Translations under genes and position numbers: made by a program
Notes under the pieces: model-generated
The model's input: the letters and a program-made list of their open reading frames with translations, nothing else
What the model was told of the DNA's origin: nothing
Database searches by the model: none
Source: Pseudobacteriovorax sp.
GTDB lineage: Bacteria > Bdellovibrionota_B > Oligoflexia > Oligoflexales > Oligoflexaceae
Direction of reading: 5' to 3'
Length of the DNA stretch: 64,000 nt
Assembly (NCBI GenBank): GCA_050293845.1
Contig: JBNKNM010000002.1
Span: 1-64,000 of the forward strand
Part shown: positions 1-9,938 of the stretch, piece by piece
How the letters are laid out: each line of letters begins with the position of its first letter
Position numbering within the stretch: the first letter of the stretch is position 1

Positions 1-1
1 A

Positions 2-109
2 ATAGTGCCCCCTGATGTGCAAGAGCAGCAAAAGATAGTTATCAAAGGGGGAGGTGATGTGGAGTTCGGTGACAAGGGTGACCTCGTGATTGTTATTAGT
101 TTTATTTAA
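2..109 (+). CDS. 3' end of probable DnaJ-family protein (C-terminal domain; 5' truncated by window)
   Basis: Manual translation IVPPDVQEQQKIVIKGGGDVEFGDKGDLVIVISFI* matches the DnaJ_C pattern (IP.GV..GQ.I.L.G.G...GDL.V); lies directly upstream of lon. Confidence 0.55.
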   Translation: MVPPDVQEQQKIVIKGGGDVEFGDKGDLVIVISFI

Positions 110-231
110 AAAAGTAATCATAATTACATTTTTTAAAAAATAGGTATCCAGGGGTGAGATTAAGGTTTTTTGAGATTGGCTCCGAACCAATCTGTATGAT
201 CCTGGTAGAACTAAAACTCAGGGAGTGAGTA

Positions 232-2673
232 ATGACCGAAGCCAATGATGGAATGCTAACTGTTGCAAATACCGAATTACCGCTTTTGCCTTTAAAAGAT
301 ATCGTTGTTTTTCCTAACATGATTGTTCCTGTGTTTATCAACGAAGATCTTTGTATTAATGCGGTTGAGCACGCTCTTGAAGCAGAAAGGAAGATTTTTC
401 TTTCCGCATTTAAAGTACTGGGCCAAGAGGGTGAAGGTCTGGATGCTAAGTTAGATGCTCCCTTCGATGTCTATGATATTGGAACCGTTTGTTCTATTAT
501 GCGTACTCGTAAGCTCCCTGACGGTCGGATGAAAGTGCTGGTTCAAGGGCTTCATAAAGCTATGGTGAAAAACCTCTTGCAAACAGAACCATTTCCTATT
601 GTCAGCTTTGTGAATATAGAAGAACCCAAAATAGCCAATACTTCAAGCGAAATTGAAGCTCTCACCAGAGCTGTTCGAGAAAATTTAGAAAAGGTTGTTA
701 GCTTGGGAAAGGTGTTATCCCCAGATATACTGATGATACTTGAAGATGTTTCAGAGCCGGGGCGGCTCGCAGATTTAGTTGCTTCAAACCTTGGTTTAAA
801 GGTGCATGAAGCTCAAAACATCCTCGCTGTGAATAATCCTATCGATAGACTCAATCGTGTTTATACTTGCCTGTCACGTGAGATTGAGGTGTACCAGATG
901 CAGGTGCGTATCCAATCTCATGCTAAGGATGAAATTGGAAGAATGCAACGGGAGCATTACCTCAGAGAGCAAATGAGAGCGATTAAAACTGAGTTGGGTG
1001 ATGCTGATGGTAAAGATGAGCTGGACCACTTCTGGCATAAAATGGAAGAAGTACCTTTGAATAAAGAGGCTCGGGATGAAGTAACGCGTCAGCTCAAGCG
1101 CTTGGAACGGATGCACCAGGATACCAGCGAAGCGGCTCTTACAAGAACTCATATTGAGGTTACCTTATCCTTACCCTGGGGTAAAAAGTCCATGGATAAT
1201 TTGGATCTACATCACGCCAAAGCGATCCTTGATGACGATCATTACGGACTAGACCAGGTGAAAGATAGGATTATCGAATACCTAGCCGTGAAAAAATTAA
1301 ATCCGCAAGCGAAGAGTCCCATCATCTGCTTTTATGGACCTCCAGGAGTTGGTAAAACCAGTCTTGGCAAATCCATTGCCCGTTCTTTAGGTAGGGAGTT
1401 TGCAAGAATCGCTCTCGGTGGCGTGCGCGATGAGGCTGATATTCGAGGTCATCGCAAAACATACGTGGGAGCCTACCCCGGACGTATCATTAGCGCCATC
1501 AAAAGTGTTGGTTATGCGAACCCTGTGATTATGCTTGATGAGATCGACAAGCTGGCTTCTGATCATCGGGGTGATCCATCCTCGGCACTTCTAGAGGTGT
1601 TAGATCCTGAACAGAATAAAGCCTTTGTCGATCATTATCTTGGTGTTCCCTTCGATCTTTCCAATGTCATGTTTATAGCTAATGCCAATACTTTGGATAC
1701 CATTCCAGCTCCTTTAAGAGATCGGTTGGAGATCATTGAGGTTTCAGGGTACTCGGAAGAAGAGAAGGTTAATATTGCCAATCAGTATCTTATTCCAAAG
1801 CAAATTAAGGAAGCTGGATTGGATGTGGAAAATATCTCGTTTACCAAACCATCCGTATCAGCCATCATCAATGGTTATACCAGGGAAAGTGGCTTAAGGG
1901 GGCTGGAAAAAAAGATAGCCTCTATCTGCCGAAAGCTGGCTAGGAAGTATGCGGAGTCTCATGAGTCAAGTCGTGTTGCTAACCAAAAGGTTCGTTTGAC
2001 GCCTACCCTTGTGCAGAAGCACCTTGGTGCTGAAAAATTTGGTGATCAGTTCTACCATCAGGATGCGCAGGTCGGAGTGTCTTTAGGGCTTGCCTATACT
2101 CAATATGGTGGTGAAGTGATGGCCATTGAATCAACTCTCATTCCCACAGGTAAACATCGATTTATCCTGACAGGTAAGTTGGGAGATGTCATGAAAGAGT
2201 CGGCTCAGGCAGCTCTTTGTTATATCCGCTCCCGTCTTCATCAGTTCGGTTTAGATAGTAGCATCTTCGATGAGAATGAGCTTCATGTGCACGTTCCCGC
2301 TGGAGCTGTACCCAAGGACGGCCCTTCAGCGGGTATTGCTATTGCTACATCGATCCTCTCCGTTCTCCAGGCCAAGGAGCCAAAATCGAAAGTTGCTATG
2401 ACCGGCGAAATCACTATTCATGGAAAGGTCCTTGCTATCGGTGGCTTACGGGAAAAGCTTTTAGCAGCCCAACGGGAAGGTATGGAAGAAGTCGTGGTGC
2501 CCAAAAAAAATCAAAGTAGTTATAGCGAGTTGCCTGCATCATTGAAACGTAACTTGAAAGTACACTTTGTCAGTGATTATAATGAAGTGTTTTCAATCTT
2601 ATTCGATGATATGCCCCATAGGGCAACGTATCAAAAAGTAGATGGGGATCACCCAGAAAACTTAGCAAGTTAA
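232..2673 (+). CDS. lon: ATP-dependent Lon protease
   Basis: LON N-domain (LPLLPLKDIVVFP), Walker A GPPGVGKTS, RGHRKTYVGA, Walker B MLDEIDK, catalytic PKDGPSAG. Confidence 0.98.
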   Translation: MTEANDGMLTVANTELPLLPLKDIVVFPNMIVPVFINEDLCINAVEHALEAERKIFLSAFKVLGQEGEGLDAKLDAPFDVYDIGTVCSIMRTRKLPDGRMKVLVQGLHKAMVKNLLQTEPFPIVSFVNIEEPKIANTSSEIEALTRAVRENLEKVVSLGKVLSPDILMILEDVSEPGRLADLVASNLGLKVHEAQNILAVNNPIDRLNRVYTCLSREIEVYQMQVRIQSHAKDEIGRMQREHYLREQMRAIKTELGDADGKDELDHFWHKMEEVPLNKEARDEVTRQLKRLERMHQDTSEAALTRTHIEVTLSLPWGKKSMDNLDLHHAKAILDDDHYGLDQVKDRIIEYLAVKKLNPQAKSPIICFYGPPGVGKTSLGKSIARSLGREFARIALGGVRDEADIRGHRKTYVGAYPGRIISAIKSVGYANPVIMLDEIDKLASDHRGDPSSALLEVLDPEQNKAFVDHYLGVPFDLSNVMFIANANTLDTIPAPLRDRLEIIEVSGYSEEEKVNIANQYLIPKQIKEAGLDVENISFTKPSVSAIINGYTRESGLRGLEKKIASICRKLARKYAESHESSRVANQKVRLTPTLVQKHLGAEKFGDQFYHQDAQVGVSLGLAYTQYGGEVMAIESTLIPTGKHRFILTGKLGDVMKESAQAALCYIRSRLHQFGLDSSIFDENELHVHVPAGAVPKDGPSAGIAIATSILSVLQAKEPKSKVAMTGEITIHGKVLAIGGLREKLLAAQREGMEEVVVPKKNQSSYSELPASLKRNLKVHFVSDYNEVFSILFDDMPHRATYQKVDGDHPENLAS

Positions 2674-2685
2674 GAGGCTGATTTA

Positions 2686-2922
2686 GTGACTGAAATTATA
2701 AAATGGATAGGCAAAATATCTATAACCGCTGTGTTTTGGGTTTTTATTCTGTCTATTCAGGTTCAGGGTCGGCCGCTGTTTTTTTTGGCTCACGAAACGC
2801 TCATCGAGAATAAAGTCGTTCGTCAACTTGATGAATATATTGTCGATCTTTGGGGGAAGGCAAAAGAGACTGCAATGCGCACCTACGAAGAAATGTCTGG
2901 CAACAGGCCGACAACTTTCTAG
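2686..2922 (+). CDS. Small hypothetical membrane-anchored protein
   Basis: GTG start after GAGG, 13 nt after lon stop; N-terminal hydrophobic segment. Confidence 0.7.
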   Translation: MTEIIKWIGKISITAVFWVFILSIQVQGRPLFFLAHETLIENKVVRQLDEYIVDLWGKAKETAMRTYEEMSGNRPTTF

Positions 2923-3038
2923 AAGTCTATCTTACCCCCTTTCTCGCAAATGACAGCAATTTAAGATTGTGATATAGTCCTGTCCGATTTAGCAGGTCAT
3001 TCCTGCTGTATTTTCCAGATAAATAAAGGGAGACTTCG

Positions 3039-3605
3039 ATGGCTATCCTAAAGGTTGTGGAATGGCCAGCTAAAGTGCTGGAAACAAAGTCAGAGACTAT
3101 AACCGAATTTAACGAGGAACTTCAAAGCTTCGTGGCCGATATGCATGAAACGATGACTCATGCTAATGGTATAGGTTTAGCTTCCAATCAAGTTGGCGTT
3201 GCAAAGCGGGTTATTACTATCCAAATTCCTTGGTTAGAAAATCGTTACAATGACCAAGAAGATGAGCAGAAGGAAGAATGGCATGATAAAAAGTGGACTT
3301 TCATTAATCCGGTCATCATGAAAAAATCCGGAAAAGTGAAGTGGCAGGAAGGCTGCCTAAGTTTTCCAGAAATTTACGAGTTTGTCGATCGGGCTGCTGA
3401 GGTCTGGGTTGAGGCTCAGGATGAGTTTGGTAACAGCTTTAAAGTTCACGCCAATGGCCTCTTCGCAGTCTGCATCCAGCATGAAATAGACCATATTGAC
3501 GGTATTGTTTTCATCAACCGTATGAGCCGCCTTAAAGCCTCTATGGTTAAGAAAAAAGTTGCCAAGCGTCACCGCATAGCATCGATTGAGGAAGAAGTAG
3601 AATGA
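3039..3605 (+). CDS. def: Peptide deformylase
   Basis: Motifs GIGLASNQ, EGCLS, QHEIDH. Confidence 0.97.
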   Translation: MAILKVVEWPAKVLETKSETITEFNEELQSFVADMHETMTHANGIGLASNQVGVAKRVITIQIPWLENRYNDQEDEQKEEWHDKKWTFINPVIMKKSGKVKWQEGCLSFPEIYEFVDRAAEVWVEAQDEFGNSFKVHANGLFAVCIQHEIDHIDGIVFINRMSRLKASMVKKKVAKRHRIASIEEEVE

Positions 3606-4261
3606 GTAAAAAAATATTGGTTGCCCCCTCGTTGTTGGCAGCTGATCCCCTTAACTTTGCTAGTGAGGCGAAAAGCGCTGAAGAAGCTGGTGCCGATATA
3701 CACCATATGGATATTATGGATGGTCATTTTGTTCCCAATCTGACCTTTGGCATTCCCTTTGTGAAAGCGCTTAAAAAGGTGGCAACAATTCCTTTAGATG
3801 TTCACGTGATGATTAGCAACCCTGATGAGATGGTTCTTGAGTATGTTAAGGCAGGTGCGGACTACATGGTATTCCATGTAGAGGCTGCTATCCACGCTCA
3901 TCGCCTCGTGCAGGTTATCAATGAGGCGGGGATAAAACCTGGTCTTGCTATCAATCCAGGCACGCCACTGCAGTTACTTGAACCTCTCCTAGAAGATATA
4001 GCCATGATCAACGTCATGAGTGTTAATCCGGGATTCGGAGGACAGAAGTTCATCAAGGCAAGCCTAAAGCGTATTGAGACACTACGTAATATGATTGATA
4101 AAAGATCCCTGAAAACCCATATCCAGGTCGATGGTGGAGTCAATCAGGAAACGGTTTCCAGTATCGTTGCTGCGGGAGCCAATGTACTTGTTGCAGGAAC
4201 GGCCGTTTATGGTAGTAAAGATCGTGCTGCTGCTATTTCTGCCTTAAAAGGGGTCATATGA
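3602..4261 (+). CDS. rpe: Ribulose-phosphate 3-epimerase
   Basis: APSLL, HMDIMDGHFVPN, MSVNPGFGGQ, VDGGV; ATGA overlap with def. Confidence 0.97.
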   Translation: MSKKILVAPSLLAADPLNFASEAKSAEEAGADIHHMDIMDGHFVPNLTFGIPFVKALKKVATIPLDVHVMISNPDEMVLEYVKAGADYMVFHVEAAIHAHRLVQVINEAGIKPGLAINPGTPLQLLEPLLEDIAMINVMSVNPGFGGQKFIKASLKRIETLRNMIDKRSLKTHIQVDGGVNQETVSSIVAAGANVLVAGTAVYGSKDRAAAISALKGVI

Positions 4262-5787
4262 CGTTTAAATTAGGTGAAGACCAATTAACAAGCGCTATTA
4301 TATTTTCTTTAGCCCGGAACGTTTCTCAGGACTATGTTCTTTCCGAAACTTCAAAGCAGAGATTGAGAAGATACCGTGATATTGTTGATAAAGCTTTGGC
4401 ATCTGGAGAGACTTATTATGGTATCAATACCGGTTTTGGTTATTTATCTGATGTTAAAATAGATCCTGATAAGCTGGAACAGCTACAGATTAATCTTGTC
4501 CGCTCCCATGCTTGTGGAGTTGGCAATTATGTTGGCAGGGATATTAGCAGAGCTTTGTTATTGCTGCGTGCCCATACCTTCGGTTTGGGGCATACAGGTA
4601 TCAGTCTTCCCTGTGTAGAAAAGATTATAGAATTTCTGGAAAAAGATATCACACCGGCGATTCCTGAAAAGGGTAGCGTTGGTGCTAGTGGTGACTTGGC
4701 TCCTTTAGCTCACTTGGCTCTTCCGCTCATGGGAGAAGGTCATGTTGTGACCGAAGGAGGGGCTTTAGAGTCCCAAGAGGTACTGGCAGAGAAAGGGGTT
4801 AAACCATACCGGCTGCAGCCCAAAGAGGGCCTTTCGCTGATTAATGGCACCCACTTTATGACTGTTATTGCTGCATTTGCAGTGGAAGAGGCGCGAACGC
4901 TGTGTCGATCCGCTGATATCATTTTAGCCTTAAGCCTTGATGCTTTACGGGGTACAACCGCTGCATTTGATGAGCGCATACAAGGCATACGACCCCAGGT
5001 GGGGCAGAAAGTGGTTGCTGAAAATATTCTAAATCTATTCAGTTACCCCGATGATATTCAAAAAAGTCATGAAGACTGCGGTAAGGTTCAAGATCCCTAT
5101 TCGTTCCGCTGCGCCCCCCAGGTTCATGGAGCGACCCGCGATGCTGTAACCTATACCACTGAAAAAGTTAACATCGAACTGAATAGTATTACTGATAACC
5201 CGCTTTGCTTCGATAACGGAGATATCATTAGCGGAGGTAATTTTCACGGCCAGCCCATGGCTTTAGCCATGGATTTTTTGAAGATAGCGGTTGCAGAATT
5301 AGGCAATATTTCTGAAAGGCGTATTGAAAAGCTGACCAATCCCAATATGAGTGGCTTACCTCCTTTTGTCACCTCAGATAGTGGTTTAAATTCAGGTTTC
5401 ATGATTCCTCATGTTGTTGCGGCAGCTTTGGTTTCCGAAAATAAAATCCTGTGTCATCCGGCCTCCATTGACAGTATACCGACTTCGGCTGATAAAGAAG
5501 ATCATGTAAGTATGGGACCGATTGCTGCCCGCAAGGCGCGCGAAGTGATCGATAATGTAGCCAGTGTGCTAGCGATCGAGATCCTGACTGCTTGTCAGGG
5601 AGTGGACTTAATAGCCCCTTTAAAGCCGAATCGCATTCTGTATGCCGTCTACCAGGCTGTTAGGAATATCAGTTCCGAAATGCCTTGTGATCGTTCTTTA
5701 CACCAAGATATCAGTCTCATTGCTAAGTGGATCAAATCGGGAGAATTAGTTAAAGTAGTGGAAGCTGCAGGAATTGACATCAAATAA
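4258..5787 (+). CDS. hutH: Histidine ammonia-lyase
   Basis: YGINTGFG, MIO-forming GASGDL, HAL-type SH in NLVRSHACG, QDPYSFRC, GGNFHG, EDHVSMG. Confidence 0.95.
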   Translation: MTFKLGEDQLTSAIIFSLARNVSQDYVLSETSKQRLRRYRDIVDKALASGETYYGINTGFGYLSDVKIDPDKLEQLQINLVRSHACGVGNYVGRDISRALLLLRAHTFGLGHTGISLPCVEKIIEFLEKDITPAIPEKGSVGASGDLAPLAHLALPLMGEGHVVTEGGALESQEVLAEKGVKPYRLQPKEGLSLINGTHFMTVIAAFAVEEARTLCRSADIILALSLDALRGTTAAFDERIQGIRPQVGQKVVAENILNLFSYPDDIQKSHEDCGKVQDPYSFRCAPQVHGATRDAVTYTTEKVNIELNSITDNPLCFDNGDIISGGNFHGQPMALAMDFLKIAVAELGNISERRIEKLTNPNMSGLPPFVTSDSGLNSGFMIPHVVAAALVSENKILCHPASIDSIPTSADKEDHVSMGPIAARKAREVIDNVASVLAIEILTACQGVDLIAPLKPNRILYAVYQAVRNISSEMPCDRSLHQDISLIAKWIKSGELVKVVEAAGIDIK

Positions 5788-5798
5788 GGGGGTTTCTG

Positions 5799-6212
5799 AT
5801 GGATAAATGGGGGCTGTGGCTTCTTTCGATCTTACTGACTGGTACCTTAAATGCCCAAGTACAGAAAATAGCTGGTAATTACAGGCTAGAAAAGATCCAG
5901 TCCCTTGAGGGTGGCTTGTTCTTATTGGGTTTTTTTGCCGAGGTTCAAACTGGCAAGTTAGATCGATTAGAGCTGGTCAGTGATCATATCCATTTTGGCG
6001 TTTCAAAGGGTGATGTACTACGGGTTGCTGGGGAAGTTTCTCAAGTCCGTGACGACGGCACAGGAGAATTGAGTCAACTCATGATACTACTGCCAACACG
6101 AGAGGGTCAAACCCCTGTTTGGATATTATCAAAGAAGTTTCGCTCTCGCGGTTTGAACGGTAGCCGCTATCTGAAAATGCATGCCCCCAATGCTGACTTT
6201 CTTGTATTTTAA
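5799..6212 (+). CDS. Hypothetical exported protein
   Basis: Signal-peptide-like N-terminus (..LLTGTLNA); in-operon spacing. Confidence 0.7.
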   Translation: MDKWGLWLLSILLTGTLNAQVQKIAGNYRLEKIQSLEGGLFLLGFFAEVQTGKLDRLELVSDHIHFGVSKGDVLRVAGEVSQVRDDGTGELSQLMILLPTREGQTPVWILSKKFRSRGLNGSRYLKMHAPNADFLVF

Positions 6213-6222
6213 CTGGTGAATT

Positions 6223-7278
6223 GTGTATAAGGTCGATCGAGAAGTTCAAAAACAGGCACCTATTATTCCACCTGTGCGGCCCCCCAGGGGCATCAAGTTC
6301 TTTTTAGGGACTTGGAGTGGGCGGTTGATTTTAATCAATTCATTTTTTCTCATATTACTCTCGGTAGATGGGGGCTCACTTATAGAGCCTACCATTGAGA
6401 CCTTAATACGCTGGGGTGCCAAAGATAATATCAGAATTGCTCAAGGTGAATATTGGCGGCTTATTTCTCCGATTGTTCTCCATGGCGGTATCATCCATTT
6501 CGCTTTTAATAATTGGGCTATCTATGTTCTAGGTTATCAAATTGAGCATATTCTGGGAAAGAGATGGTTTCTCTTTCTCTACCTTATGGCTGGTTTAAGC
6601 GGAAACATTGCCAGCAATCTGTTTTCTCTTAATCCCAGTGTCGGAGCGTCGTCCTCATTATTTGGGTTGCTGGGGGTTGGTTTCTACTTGGAGCGGGTGG
6701 TTGGTAAGCGCTCCGAGAAGCTTTTGGGACGCAAAGCAGGGGCTTCCATTTATGCTAGCATGCTTATCATCAACCTTATCATTGGCTTCCTTATCCCCCA
6801 AATTGACAATGCTGCTCATGTTGGGGGGTTAGTGGCTGGAATTATGATAGCTTTTGCCTGGTTAAGATTGACACCAAATAGTATTGTTTTACGCAACACT
6901 TTTGTCGCAAGAGCGACTTTAGCGTTATTTGCTGTTATCTTGCTTGGGGGTGCTCTAGTTAGCAGCTCAAAGCCATATTTAGAATTTCGCTACCGGCATG
7001 CGTCAGACACTGCGCATGATCCTTTATCTCAGTACAACTACCTCAGCCAAATTCTAAATTTAAATCCTGGAGATGATGACGCACGACTGCTGAGACTTGA
7101 GATATCTCTGAAGTATGGTAATTATAGCACTGCTCAAGAAGATTTCTTCGAATTGATTAAAAAGTCTCGAAATGACGCTAGAATTCGAAGATTGGAGCAG
7201 AAGTTTTTGAGTAATCATGACCAGAAAGCGCTGTTCTTGCTCCGCCAACTTCAGGAACAGAGGGGTCCAACACTGTAA
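6223..7278 (+). CDS. Rhomboid intramembrane serine protease with C-terminal TPR-like tail
   Basis: YWRLI, HFAFN, catalytic GASS, AHVGG; helical soluble C-terminus. Confidence 0.92.
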   Translation: MYKVDREVQKQAPIIPPVRPPRGIKFFLGTWSGRLILINSFFLILLSVDGGSLIEPTIETLIRWGAKDNIRIAQGEYWRLISPIVLHGGIIHFAFNNWAIYVLGYQIEHILGKRWFLFLYLMAGLSGNIASNLFSLNPSVGASSSLFGLLGVGFYLERVVGKRSEKLLGRKAGASIYASMLIINLIIGFLIPQIDNAAHVGGLVAGIMIAFAWLRLTPNSIVLRNTFVARATLALFAVILLGGALVSSSKPYLEFRYRHASDTAHDPLSQYNYLSQILNLNPGDDDARLLRLEISLKYGNYSTAQEDFFELIKKSRNDARIRRLEQKFLSNHDQKALFLLRQLQEQRGPTL

Positions 7279-7397
7279 ACTTCTGAAAGAGCAGAAAGTT
7301 TATATTTTAGGGAATATTTTTTTAACTTCTTCTCTCACGCGCCGAAAATCATCTTGGTGAGGCCCTATTAGTAAAGCAATGAAACGGGAGAAGACTA

Positions 7398-8705
7398 ATG
7401 TCAGCAGTGAGTAAAAACGCCATGAGTGATCGAACAGCAGAGTTAAATGTTGAAGGGAAAATCATAAAACTGCCAGTTTTGACAGGTAGTGAAGGGGAGG
7501 TAGGCCTTGATATCTCCAAACTTCGTGCAAAGACAGGCGCGGTGACTGTTGATAACGGTTTCGTCAACACGGCTTCTTGTACCTCAGCCATAACCTTTTT
7601 GAATGGAGAGAAGGGGGTTTTAAAATACCGGGGATATCGGATTGATGAGTTAGCAGAGAAATCTAACTTTATCGAGGTAGCTTACCTCTTAATCTACGGA
7701 GAACTACCCACGCGAGATCAACTTAATTGGTTTCAAGAAAAGATGAACTCCTTTTCCGAAACGAAGCCGGCCATTAAGGAGCTAGTTCAGAAGTTCCCTA
7801 AAGATGCTCATCCCATGGGTGTCTTATCTGCTATGCTTTCTTCCATGTCAGCTTTCTACCCTGAGTATTTAGATCAAGATCTGTCAAAAGAGAAGAAGGA
7901 TGCGGTGATTGGTCAACTTATGTCACAGATTAAAAATATTTCAGCTTATTTTTATCGCGTCAGTCAGGGTAAGGAACTTGTGGATTCTCAACCCCATCAA
8001 TTTGATTACTGCTCTGATTTCTTGAATATGATGTATGGTACAGGGGAGCCTGATGTTGAGGTTGCCAAAGCTTTGAATACTCTTTTAATACTTCATGCAG
8101 ACCATGAACAAAATTGCTCAGCCTCCACAGTTCGTCTGGTTGGATCTTCAAAAGCCAATCTATATGCTTCCATCTCAGCTGGAGTTGGCGCCTTGTGGGG
8201 TCCCCTCCATGGTGGTGCTAATCAGGCTGTTATTGAGATGCTGGCGAAAATCCAGAAAGATGGTGGTGACTATAAGAAGTTTTTGGATAAAGCAAAAGAT
8301 AAAAACGATTCATTCCGGCTTATGGGATTTGGTCACCGGGTTTACAAGAACTTCGATCCGCGTGCCAGAATTATTAAGAAGGCCTGTGATGCCATCTTAA
8401 GCAAGTTGGCCATTAAAGATCCCTTATTAGATATTGCTAAAGGCCTGGAAGAAGAAGCTTTAAAAGATCAATATTTTGTCGAACGGAAATTATATCCGAA
8501 TGTAGATTTCTATTCAGGAATCATTTACAAAGCCTTAAATATCCCCACTAACATGTTTACCGTAATGTTTGCATTGGGAAGGCTACCGGGTTGGGTTGCC
8601 CAGTGGAAGGAGATGATTGAATCTCCCGATATGAAGATCGGGCGTCCGCGTCAGATATATGTAGGGGAGACAGATCTGGAGTATACTCCCATCGACAAAC
8701 GCTAA
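7398..8705 (+). CDS. gltA: Citrate synthase
   Basis: ADHEQNCS, GPLHGGAN, GFGHRVYK, YPNVDFYSG. Confidence 0.98.
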   Translation: MSAVSKNAMSDRTAELNVEGKIIKLPVLTGSEGEVGLDISKLRAKTGAVTVDNGFVNTASCTSAITFLNGEKGVLKYRGYRIDELAEKSNFIEVAYLLIYGELPTRDQLNWFQEKMNSFSETKPAIKELVQKFPKDAHPMGVLSAMLSSMSAFYPEYLDQDLSKEKKDAVIGQLMSQIKNISAYFYRVSQGKELVDSQPHQFDYCSDFLNMMYGTGEPDVEVAKALNTLLILHADHEQNCSASTVRLVGSSKANLYASISAGVGALWGPLHGGANQAVIEMLAKIQKDGGDYKKFLDKAKDKNDSFRLMGFGHRVYKNFDPRARIIKKACDAILSKLAIKDPLLDIAKGLEEEALKDQYFVERKLYPNVDFYSGIIYKALNIPTNMFTVMFALGRLPGWVAQWKEMIESPDMKIGRPRQIYVGETDLEYTPIDKR

Positions 8706-8722
8706 TTAACGACAATTCTAAG

Positions 8723-8757
8723 ATTCTCCGCTTTCTTTTTGAATCGGAGAATTTTTT
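8723..8757 (+). terminator. Probable intrinsic terminator after gltA
   Basis: ATTCTCCG ... CGGAGAAT inverted repeat followed by a T-run. Confidence 0.6.
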
Positions 8758-8788
8758 ACCTCGCTAGTAGGCGCACCCGGTTTAAGGT

Positions 8789-9349
8789 TTAGTGAGGTAT
8801 TTTTCCTTGCGTACAATCCTCAGCATCCTCTGAAGCATCCATTAGCTGAAGAATTTTACTTTCATCGAGACTTTGCGGCAAATCATTGGACACAAGGGAC
8901 ATGATAGACACCAGCTTTGAAAACTCTAGTGCTAGATTATAATATACCCTAGTAAAGTGAGCTTCATTATGTCGTATACGTGTGATCTGGGAAGCGGTAC
9001 GATAGGCTGATGATCCCATTGAAATATAGTACTTCTCATTGACTATTTTACGATTAAGGGAATCTTTAAAATAGCCAGCAATGTAGAGGCTAACATCCCC
9101 TAATCTCTTGTATACTTTGAGCTGCATGTGGGGAGTGGTTTCCAATGCCTTTTTGTAGATCATGGCTAAAGGAGCATCAAAAATATCAAGTTCATCGAGA
9201 TTTAAACTGCTTGGTTGGATAAAATCACAGAGAAGGGTAACTAAATAATGCTCTAGTTCAGGGCTAAGGCTTATGTTAAGTCTTTCTGACGCGTTACCAA
9301 CTTTGCTGTAGAAGAATTCATTTGGATTGACTAGATCAACAACAGACAC
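8789..9349 (-). CDS. Conserved hypothetical protein
   Basis: 186-aa ORF with GGAG RBS; motif KRLGDVSLYIAGYF..SL.R..V...YYI.MG..AY resembles an uncharacterised family. Confidence 0.8.
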   Translation of the reverse strand: MSVVDLVNPNEFFYSKVGNASERLNISLSPELEHYLVTLLCDFIQPSSLNLDELDIFDAPLAMIYKKALETTPHMQLKVYKRLGDVSLYIAGYFKDSLNRKIVNEKYYISMGSSAYRTASQITRIRHNEAHFTRVYYNLALEFSKLVSIMSLVSNDLPQSLDESKILQLMDASEDAEDCTQGKIPH

Positions 9350-9581
9350 AACACGATCTCCTTTCCCAATCTCGATATATTTTTTTCATCTCTCCAGATA
9401 GGGTATCGGTATAAAGCTCGAATATGTTTAGAGTAAAGTGAAAGCTCCCCAAGGAAATCGGTAAAGTCGCAATAATAGGAGGTAAAAATATAGGAGACGG
9501 TGAGGAAGGCATATATTATATGTTAGTCTGGTTCTGCAACATTCGGTTAGGAAATTTCTCCGAAGTCTATAGGGAATCTAT

Positions 9582-9938
9582 ATGTCAGTAAATAAGGAAA
9601 CGCAGTTTGACAAATTTGGACTTGAAGAAATTGTAAAGCTTACCAACAAAATAGGTCTAGAATATGTTGAAGCTAAGCGAAAAGCCGAATACTTCGAGCT
9701 TATGAGATCGCCTACAAAAGCAAAAATAGCCATTCGTATTGACGATGGTGAAATGAGCGAGTCAAAACTTAAAAGGTTGACAGAATCGGACCCTGAGTAC
9801 CTCAAGTTTTTACAAGAATTGACAGAAGCCAGACAAGAGTCGGATCGCTTACGTATACGCTACGAATCATATAAGAATCTATTTGATGCCCGTCGCTCGC
9901 TTCTGAGTTATCAAAAAGAAGAAATGAAGCTCTTATAG
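9582..9938 (+). CDS. Hypothetical all-helical protein, possibly UvsY-like
   Basis: Coiled-coil character; SDPEY motif and C-terminal RRSLLS. Confidence 0.7.
   Translation: MSVNKETQFDKFGLEEIVKLTNKIGLEYVEAKRKAEYFELMRSPTKAKIAIRIDDGEMSESKLKRLTESDPEYLKFLQELTEARQESDRLRIRYESYKNLFDARRSLLSYQKEEMKLL

Noticed and set aside
4258..5787. PAL/TAL or aminomutase of a secondary-metabolite cluster, since hutH is isolated from other hut genes
   Set aside because: Specificity residues are HAL-type (SH) and the neighbours are housekeeping genes
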